This document shows positions 10,765 through 17,619 of a stretch of DNA of 64,000 nucleotides, piece after piece. This DNA comes from Spirochaetota bacterium. GTDB lineage: Bacteria; Spirochaetota; UBA4802; UBA5550. The DNA lies in NCBI GenBank assembly GCA_024276015.1, contig JAJRXZ010000004.1, forward strand, positions 20,216 through 84,215, written 5' to 3'. The translations under genes were made by a program, and so were the position numbers. The number at the start of each line of letters is the position of its first letter. The first letter of the stretch is position 1. The notes below the pieces were generated by a model. It saw only the letters and a list, made by a program, of their open reading frames with translations. It searched no databases and had not been told where the DNA came from.

Positions 10765-11448
10765 TCATAGATCATTATGATTTTTAATTGATGTATTTGC
10801 TGCGAACATTGCCGAGAGGAATCGAAATTCGCCGGCAATATCGAAATTCGTTATAAAAACATCCTTCACTCTGTTACTCAGAACAATCGGTGAAAAATTT
10901 ACAATCCCTTTTATGCCATAGTTGATAAGATTGTCTGCCATTTTTTTTGCGGATCGGCCCGGTACCGTAAGAACAGCCAGTTCGATTTTTTCTCTCTTGA
11001 TAATTTCAGGCAATTCATATGTTGGGTATAATGGTATGTCGGTTTTAACGGTTTCCAGTCTGTTAATGCTTGAATCGAATCCTGCAACTATTTTGAAATT
11101 CTGAGTAAGCAGATCTTTATAATTCAGCAGAGTTGTTCCCAGTTTACCGATTCCCACAATGCATGCATTTCTTACAACATCGAATCCGAAGGCGGAATTA
11201 ATATGGTTTTTAAGCTCTTTTATATCATAACCTGCTCCGATCCCTCCCCCTTTTTTGAGATATGATATATCCTTGCGGATACTATGGGAAGGGACGCCGA
11301 TCCTTCTGCCTATCTCTTTTGAAGAGATTGAGATATCGCCGGTTTTTTCTATCTCATCCAGAAGGCTGTATATTTTGCACAACCTTCTGACAGAAGGCGG
11401 CGGGATTTTTTTCAATTTTTTATTTCCGGATAAATGGATTTTCATCAT
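10765..11448 (-). CDS. rex: redox-sensing transcriptional repressor Rex
   Basis: IPPPSVRRLCKIYSLL...SSKEIGRRIGVPSHSIRKDISYL (wHTH) plus Rossmann motif CIVGIGKLGTTLLNY. I chose the ATGATG start at 11448 because the longer track ORF (to 11472) would run into a Rex box. Confidence 0.88.
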   Translation of the reverse strand: MMKIHLSGNKKLKKIPPPSVRRLCKIYSLLDEIEKTGDISISSKEIGRRIGVPSHSIRKDISYLKKGGGIGAGYDIKELKNHINSAFGFDVVRNACIVGIGKLGTTLLNYKDLLTQNFKIVAGFDSSINRLETVKTDIPLYPTYELPEIIKREKIELAVLTVPGRSAKKMADNLINYGIKGIVNFSPIVLSNRVKDVFITNFDIAGEFRFLSAMFAANTSIKNHNDL

Positions 11449-11456
11449 AGGTACAA

Positions 11457-11474
11457 TTGTGAAATAAATCACAA
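11457..11474. promoter_or_regulatory. Rex operator (ROP) box 1
   Basis: TTGTGAAATAAATCACAA is a near-perfect match to the known Rex palindrome TTGTGAA-N4-TTCACAA. It lies 9 nt upstream of the rex start. Confidence 0.8.
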
Positions 11475-11540
11475 ATTACGTCAAGAAATTTACCCCGTAG
11501 GTGTGGAAAAAGAGGTTGAATAATTAATTGCATTAAATAA

Positions 11541-11558
11541 GTGTGATATATTTCACAA
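11541..11558. promoter_or_regulatory. Rex operator (ROP) box 2
   Basis: GTGTGATATATTTCACAA. The right half is perfect and the left half has 2 mismatches. It lies 120 nt upstream of the DUF1015 start. Confidence 0.65.
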
Positions 11559-11609
11559 ATTTATAATCATTTTTAGTTGAAAAAAAATAGCTATTAAAAT
11601 ATGTTGAAT

Positions 11610-11658
11610 TATACCGATCGTTATTGAGAATTTCCATATTAAATGAATCGGTATATGA
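11610..11658 (+). repeat. conserved upstream element, copy A (module 1 only)
   Basis: TATACCGATCGTTATTGAGAATTTCCATATTAAATGAATCGGTATATGA is identical over 49 nt to 14688-14736. 9-bp inverted arms TATACCGAT/ATCGGTATA. It ends 19 nt before the ATG at 11678. Confidence 0.9.
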
Positions 11659-11677
11659 CAATAATTAAAGAGGAATT

Positions 11678-12907
11678 ATGGCTGATATAAGTGCATTCAG
11701 AGGATTACGACCCAAGAAGGATCTGGCAAAAGATGTTTCGGAATTGCCCTATGATGTGGTGAGCAGAAGTGAAGCAAAAAAGATTGCTGAAAACAATGAA
11801 TACAGTTTCTTCCATATTACGAGACCTGAAATTTCTATGTCCGATGATACCGATCCCTATCATGAAAGCGTTTACCAAAAGGGAAAGGAAAATCTCCATA
11901 GGTTTATAAGAGATAAAATACTTATTAAGGATGAAACACCGAAATTATATCTATATACCCAGATAATGAATGAGCGTGAGCAGACCGGACTTGTTGCCTG
12001 TGTAAATATTGATGATTATATAAACAATAATGTTAAGAAGCATGAATTGACCAGAGAAGACAAAGAGAGAGACAGAACAAGGCACCTTGATATTCTGAAT
12101 GCAAATACGGGACTTGTATTTTTACTCTATCGTGAAGACGGATCAAAAAAAGGTCTCTTTGAAAGAGCCAAAGCTGAAGAGCCCGAATACGATTTCGAAA
12201 CCGATGACGGAATACGTCATATTGTAAGAGTAATAAATGATGAAGATCTGATCAAATCTTTTGAAGAAAGTTTTGCAGAAAATACTCTTTTTATTGCGGA
12301 CGGACATCACAGAGCGGCGTCTGCGGTCAATGTGGGGCTAATGAGGAGAAAAAGGGAGAAAAATTTTACAGGAAAGGAAGAGTATAACCGTTTTCTTGCA
12401 GTAATATTTCCTCATGATCAGTTGAAGATCTTACCATACAATAGGGTTGTGAGGGATCTATGCGGCTTAAATACCGAGGATTTTATATCGAAAATTTCCG
12501 GCAGATTTGTTGTTAACCGGAACGGTGTGAAAGTTCCGGGAAGCAAGAGATCCTTTTCAATGTATATTGAGGGCCGGTGGTATTCGCTGGTCTACACCGG
12601 CAGTATGGAAGGAGATACTGTGGATAAACTTGATGTGAGGATCCTTCAGAAGAATATTCTTGAACCGCTGCTTGGAATTAAAGATCCCAGAACTGATAAA
12701 AGAATAAATTTTATCGGTGGTATCAGAGGTGTTGATGAACTGGAAAAACTTGTAGATTCGGGACAATACAGGGTTGCTTTTTCTCTTTATCCTACCTCTG
12801 TTGAGGAATTAATGGCTGTTGCTTCAGAAGAAGGCATTATGCCTCCCAAATCCACCTGGTTTGAACCGAAATTGAGAAGCGGTTTGTTTATTCATCTTTT
12901 AAGCTGA
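11678..12907 (+). CDS. DUF1015 domain-containing protein
   Basis: 409 aa. N-terminus SAFRGLRPKKDLAKDVSELPYDVV and internal ADGHHR fit the DUF1015 family pattern as I recall it. Confidence 0.75.
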   Translation: MADISAFRGLRPKKDLAKDVSELPYDVVSRSEAKKIAENNEYSFFHITRPEISMSDDTDPYHESVYQKGKENLHRFIRDKILIKDETPKLYLYTQIMNEREQTGLVACVNIDDYINNNVKKHELTREDKERDRTRHLDILNANTGLVFLLYREDGSKKGLFERAKAEEPEYDFETDDGIRHIVRVINDEDLIKSFEESFAENTLFIADGHHRAASAVNVGLMRRKREKNFTGKEEYNRFLAVIFPHDQLKILPYNRVVRDLCGLNTEDFISKISGRFVVNRNGVKVPGSKRSFSMYIEGRWYSLVYTGSMEGDTVDKLDVRILQKNILEPLLGIKDPRTDKRINFIGGIRGVDELEKLVDSGQYRVAFSLYPTSVEELMAVASEEGIMPPKSTWFEPKLRSGLFIHLLS

Positions 12908-13030
12908 TTTTTTAATTTTTTTTTGAACTAATTTGCAGATTTTCTTATATTAAAAGATAATTTTACAGGAATTATTTTACTCTGTGTATTGCAGAATGGA
13001 TTTCCTGTTATAGCAATAAGAAGCTGTTGT

Positions 13031-13501
13031 ATGGATAGAAGAGACAAACTTCCGGGCAGAAATCTGAAGAATTTTCTGCATTCTTTTCTTAAATCATTTT
13101 TTTTTAGAGAGAAAAGTTGCGAGGATGTTGTAGTTGATGCTTCGGGAAAGCTCGATATTGGGGAATTTGAGATTTTTCAGCTATCCTATGAAGCATGGTT
13201 CGGTGAGGAGGGTGAAATTAAGTTTCTTGAAGAGAACTTTTTATTATACCTTAATGCCGGGACAATTCCCCAGTGGGTCAGACATTATTCAAGAAATATA
13301 ATATTAGAGTATAAATCGGGTCGGCTTGATAAAAATTCTCCCCGATTTCATAAATTTGACAGAAAACCCCACAGTCTATTAATGGAAAAACCGGGTTTAT
13401 TGAATTATATTCTTGTTGCAGGTTTTCTTGCAGTAATAGTTATTTTTATAGTCTGTTTTTCCATGTCTTATATTGGAATTGCGGGAAAATTTTTAAAATA
13501 A
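13031..13501 (+). CDS. hypothetical membrane protein
   Basis: I prefer the ATG at 13031 over the track start at 12989. C-terminal TM LLNYILVAGFLAVIVIFIVCF. No domain recognised. Confidence 0.45.
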   Translation: MDRRDKLPGRNLKNFLHSFLKSFFFREKSCEDVVVDASGKLDIGEFEIFQLSYEAWFGEEGEIKFLEENFLLYLNAGTIPQWVRHYSRNIILEYKSGRLDKNSPRFHKFDRKPHSLLMEKPGLLNYILVAGFLAVIVIFIVCFSMSYIGIAGKFLK

Positions 13502-13663
13502 AATGGCATCACGCTGATCAAGAGTTAAAATTCGGTTATTTTCTTGACTCCGAAATCAAATACAATAAAAACATCAAAAATTATTTTTACAATAAAGACA
13601 ATCTGAATATTTTTGTTTATAGAGATGCTGCGTGAAATTATATAAGGGCTTAGAGTTGATAAA

Positions 13664-14263
13664 TTGAAAAATCTTTTTATTGCTGTTATAATTGTTGTTT
13701 TTAAGATTTCTCTATTTGCTCTGCCTCTTGCAGGCGGCGGTATTGGTGAAGATAATCCCATCAATGACCATTACTTTATAGAGCTGGAATTGGGGTGGAA
13801 CGGTTATGTCGGTACCGGGTCGAGAATAGATATCAGCCTGAATGATCATTTCAGTATAAATGCAGGCGCAGGTATGGGGTACTGGGGATACAGATTAGGC
13901 GCCGGTTTCAGGGCCTACAACCGGTTTCCCTATGGTATTGCCTTTGCAATGGGACTTTCCTATAATGGCGGAACTGTTGAACGGGAGATGAAACTGAGAA
14001 CAATCGGCGCAGCAGGTATTGTTGACAAAGATCCTGTTTTAATTGAGCTTAAACCGGTTACTGCAATGAATGTATCTTTTTTGTATTCACTTCCGGCCGG
14101 CAGAAATAAGATCTATCTTGAAATGGGTTATTCCTTTGCTCTGAGCAGTCAAGAATACACCTATATTGTTGAATCGGGAAATGAATTGCATCCTCAATCA
14201 AAGGAAACCCTTGATTCTCTTCGCCCGGGCGGTTTCCTGTTTTCCATCGGATATGCTTTTTAA
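13664..14263 (+). CDS. small outer-membrane beta-barrel-like protein
   Basis: TTG start. Signal peptide MKNLFIAVIIVVFKISLFA. Alternating Gly/aromatic strands and a C-terminal ...SIGYAF typical of OMP barrels. Confidence 0.55.
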   Translation: MKNLFIAVIIVVFKISLFALPLAGGGIGEDNPINDHYFIELELGWNGYVGTGSRIDISLNDHFSINAGAGMGYWGYRLGAGFRAYNRFPYGIAFAMGLSYNGGTVEREMKLRTIGAAGIVDKDPVLIELKPVTAMNVSFLYSLPAGRNKIYLEMGYSFALSSQEYTYIVESGNELHPQSKETLDSLRPGGFLFSIGYAF

Positions 14264-14322
14264 GCGTAACATGTTTTAAATGACCGGCAAATATGCATAG
14301 GCTGTTAACAGTTATATGGAAT

Positions 14323-14441
14323 CAATTATTAACTCGACTTAGGCGTTTTTTATATAATATGATGAGCAAATTTGCGAATTTTATTCGTTAACATAATGCA
14401 GAAAAAACGGGTGAAAATCGCCTAACTGGAGTTATTAATTG
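14323..14441. repeat. imperfect 23-nt inverted repeat flanking about 73 nt (MITE-like or hairpin element)
   Basis: CAATTATTAACTCGACTTAGGCG (14323-14345) against the reverse complement of CGCCTAACTGGAGTTATTAATTG (14419-14441) gives 18/23 matches. Confidence 0.3.
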
Positions 14442-14687
14442 TTTTGCCGAACCTGCTCTATATAATTTTTATGTAAAAACCAATATATTTAAAAAATATG
14501 TTTGCCAAATAATATTTATATTAAATTTATGTTAATTGCATAGGATATTATAAAAAAAATATTGCTATTTCCACTGTTTTTTTCAGATTGACTTATAGGA
14601 TGAATAGAATGGAGAAGTTTACGCCTGTAGAGAAATAATTTTACAGCAAATATCTATGGATGAGACTTCCTTCTGTTTTGATTGGAC

Positions 14688-14790
14688 TATACCGATCGTT
14701 ATTGAGAATTTCCATATTAAATGAATCGGTATATGATTTAAGCAGGATTTTGCCCTTTGCCAAGGGATAAAATATAGGCTTTTTGATATA
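14688..14790 (+). repeat. conserved upstream element, copy B (modules 1+2+3)
   Basis: Module 1 is identical to copy A. It is followed by CAGGATTTTGCCCTTTGCCAAGGGATAAAAT (hairpin) and GGCTTTTTGATATA. It ends 37 nt before the ATG at 14828. Confidence 0.9.
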
Positions 14791-14827
14791 AATTACTATA
14801 ATAAATTTAATAAAAAGAAGTAAAATT

Positions 14828-15970
14828 ATGTGCCGATTAGCTTTAAAAACATCATCAACACCATTTTCACCTTACAGCGTTCTGGAAGCCATGGAAGCAA
14901 TGCAGGAAGGGTATGACGGAAGCGGACTTGGTCTTCTTCTGCGCGGTCTTGAATTTTTAGATTATAATTATCAGACCAAAGACCCTATTTTCTCAGGCAT
15001 TGCCCATACCCATGAAGCTTTAAACCGCCTTGATTCATTTATGCAGGAGAAGGGGTTTACTTTAAAGTATGATCATGAGTTCAATGTTGATCATTCAAAG
15101 GTGGAAGCCCCTGACAGATATAAATATCTTCTCCGTATATACAATTTTCCTGAAATATGGAAAGATTATGATAAAGACAGGATCGAACATGAATTAATGA
15201 TGACCCGCCTTGAATTAAGAAGGGATGGAGAGAATCATAATGGAGACCTTACGCTTTTTTCTTTCTGGCCCGAGGTTGTTATTATTAAAGAGGTTGGCTG
15301 GCCTCTGGGCATTGGGGATTCCCTTGGTCTGTCTGATAACAGAATAAAGGCAAGACTGGTAATGGCTCAGGGCAGGCAAAATACAAACTGGGGCATTAAT
15401 CTGTATGCATGCCATCCCTTTTTCCTTCAGGGTGTTTCCACAATGACAAATGGTGAAAATACAGCCTTTATTCCTATTAAAGAATGGCTTATGGGCGTGC
15501 AATTTCCCGGTTATATAGGCTACCAGAGCGACAGTGAAGTATTTACGCATATTTTACATTATACTATTAAAAAGCTGAAACTCCCGCTCGAAGTTTATAA
15601 ACACATTATCACTCCGCTGAAAACAGAGGAGCTGTTAGATCATCCTCAGGGAGATTTTCTAAGAGGCTTGCGGGATGTAACCAGAAAGCTGATCATTGAC
15701 GGGCCCAATTGTGTTATAGGGTCTTTACAAGATGAAACATGTTTCATGGTAATGGACCACAAGAAATTACGTCCCGGTACAGTGGGCGGAAAAGAAGGCG
15801 AATGGGCAATGGCTTCCGAGATGTGCGGCGTTGACGCAATGATTCCCGAAAGGGACCGTTCCCTCGATTTTCAGCCAATGCGAGAGAACATGGTAATAAT
15901 ATCCCCAGACCGAAAGGAGTATAAGATATGGTCACAATTCGATCCATACCCTCAACACCGGGTAGCCTGA
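14828..15970 (+). CDS. glutamate synthase, class-II glutamine amidotransferase subunit (archaeal-type GltB domain 1)
   Basis: Begins MCRLA, with the Cys2 nucleophile of Ntn amidotransferases. It heads an operon with the FMN and GXGXG subunits. Confidence 0.75.
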   Translation: MCRLALKTSSTPFSPYSVLEAMEAMQEGYDGSGLGLLLRGLEFLDYNYQTKDPIFSGIAHTHEALNRLDSFMQEKGFTLKYDHEFNVDHSKVEAPDRYKYLLRIYNFPEIWKDYDKDRIEHELMMTRLELRRDGENHNGDLTLFSFWPEVVIIKEVGWPLGIGDSLGLSDNRIKARLVMAQGRQNTNWGINLYACHPFFLQGVSTMTNGENTAFIPIKEWLMGVQFPGYIGYQSDSEVFTHILHYTIKKLKLPLEVYKHIITPLKTEELLDHPQGDFLRGLRDVTRKLIIDGPNCVIGSLQDETCFMVMDHKKLRPGTVGGKEGEWAMASEMCGVDAMIPERDRSLDFQPMRENMVIISPDRKEYKIWSQFDPYPQHRVA

Positions 15971-17565
15971 CATACACTGATCTTCCATGGATAATCAATC
16001 ATATTGAAGATAGATGCACACTGTGCGGGAAATGCACTTCGGTTTGCCCCACTTCCGCAATATATCTCGGTTACAGACGACAGAGAATCCCGCAGATCGA
16101 TATTTATAATAAAGACAGAAAAACATCCTACAGAACATTTGCGGGCATAAGGCAGAGGCTTGACGTAGAGCACAGATGCATCGGGTGCGGTATGTGTTCC
16201 ATGGTTTGCCCCAATGAGGCAATAACTCCTGTCTTAAACTCAAATGACGACAGGCTCAAGTTTCATATACATCAGGGCGGCGATGCGTGGAAACGAGGCG
16301 GGAGAAGAAATAGCAGGGAATCTTTGCTGGACAATATTATTTTTACGAGGATCTCAATGCTTACAGACCCGGCGCTTGATGCCGGCAGGCATGAATTCTA
16401 TCTAAACACAATTCTGGGACGAATTCTCTCTCCTGAGGAATATCTGAAGAGGAAGGAAAAGGGCCAATGGATACCCCCCACAAGGGAGATTTTCCCCTTT
16501 ATTATAGGCTCTATGTCATTCGGCGCAATGTCTCCCAATATGTGGCTTGGCCTTCTGCAGGGCGTTGCATACTGCAACGAGGTGCTTGGCATTCCCGTTG
16601 TTATGGCAACGGGCGAGGGAGGGTGTCCCCCGTGGGTTTTAAAAAGCCCCTTCCTTAAGTATATTATACTGCAGATCGCATCAGGTTATTTCGGATGGGA
16701 CGAGATAATCAGGGCTATTCCCGATATGCAGTGCGACCCTGCGGCAATTGAAATAAAGTACGGGCAGGGCGCAAAACCGGGCGACGGCGGACTTTTAATG
16801 TGGTATAAGGTGAGTAAACTCATTGCCCGTCTCAGGGGCGTTCCGCAATCCGTTGATCTGCCTTCGCCTCCGGTACATCAGACGCTCTATTCCATAGAGG
16901 AGAGTGTTATGAAAATGATCCAGTCTCTGTCAATGGCATGGGGGTTCAGAGTGCCTGTATATCCCAAAATATCCGGTTCCAATTCTGCAAAATCGGTACT
17001 TAATAATCTTGTCAGAAATCCCTATGCTTCGGCTCTGTTGATAGACGGAGTAGACGGAGGAACCGGAGCAGCCTATAATGTAAGTATGGATGCAATGGGT
17101 TATCCCATAGCTTCAAATCTCAGAGAGTGTTATCTTGATCTTGCTGCTCAGGGAAAACAGAATGAGATCCCCCTCTTTGCCGCAGGCGGAGTGGGCAAGA
17201 ACGGAAATGTAACGCAAAACGGTATGGCTCTGATCATGCTTGGCGCAAGCGGCGTTCATATCGGCAAATATGTGATGCAGTCTATAGCAGGCTGCCTTGG
17301 AAGTGAAAGGAACAGATGCAATGTATGCAACTTGGGCATTTGCCCCAAAGGTATAACGAGCCAAAATCCGAAGCTCTACAGACGTCTTGATCCGGATCAG
17401 GTAGCTCAGAGAGTAGTCGATGTCTTCCAGGCAATCAGAACGGAGATGAAGAAGATCATGGCGCCGCTTGGAAGGTCTCAGAGTCTTCCTATCGGTATGA
17501 GCGATGCTATTGGGATAAACGATAAGGCAGCGGCGGATAAGTTGAAAATAAATTATATATGTTAA
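15928..17565 (+). CDS. glutamate synthase FMN/2-oxoglutarate subunit (GltB domain 2) with an N-terminal 2x[4Fe-4S] ferredoxin domain
   Basis: CTLCGKCTSVCP and CIGCGMCSMVCP, then the GltS FMN-domain pattern (IKYGQGAKPGDGG, LLIDGVDGGTGAA). RBS GGAG before the ATG at 15928. It overlaps the previous gene by 43 nt. Confidence 0.85.
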   Translation: MVTIRSIPSTPGSLTYTDLPWIINHIEDRCTLCGKCTSVCPTSAIYLGYRRQRIPQIDIYNKDRKTSYRTFAGIRQRLDVEHRCIGCGMCSMVCPNEAITPVLNSNDDRLKFHIHQGGDAWKRGGRRNSRESLLDNIIFTRISMLTDPALDAGRHEFYLNTILGRILSPEEYLKRKEKGQWIPPTREIFPFIIGSMSFGAMSPNMWLGLLQGVAYCNEVLGIPVVMATGEGGCPPWVLKSPFLKYIILQIASGYFGWDEIIRAIPDMQCDPAAIEIKYGQGAKPGDGGLLMWYKVSKLIARLRGVPQSVDLPSPPVHQTLYSIEESVMKMIQSLSMAWGFRVPVYPKISGSNSAKSVLNNLVRNPYASALLIDGVDGGTGAAYNVSMDAMGYPIASNLRECYLDLAAQGKQNEIPLFAAGGVGKNGNVTQNGMALIMLGASGVHIGKYVMQSIAGCLGSERNRCNVCNLGICPKGITSQNPKLYRRLDPDQVAQRVVDVFQAIRTEMKKIMAPLGRSQSLPIGMSDAIGINDKAAADKLKINYIC

Positions 17566-17619
17566 GATGTTTCAGTATGCTGTTTGATAAAAGGGTTTAT
17601 AAAGAGAGGAGACAGATAA

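Noticed and set aside
14740-14760. Module 2 of the repeat (CAGGATTTTGCCCTTTGC) as a sigma54 -24/-12 promoter.
   Set aside because: The distance from GG to the nearest GC dinucleotides is 7 or 14 nt, not the strictly conserved 12 nt of TGGCAC-N5-TTGC.
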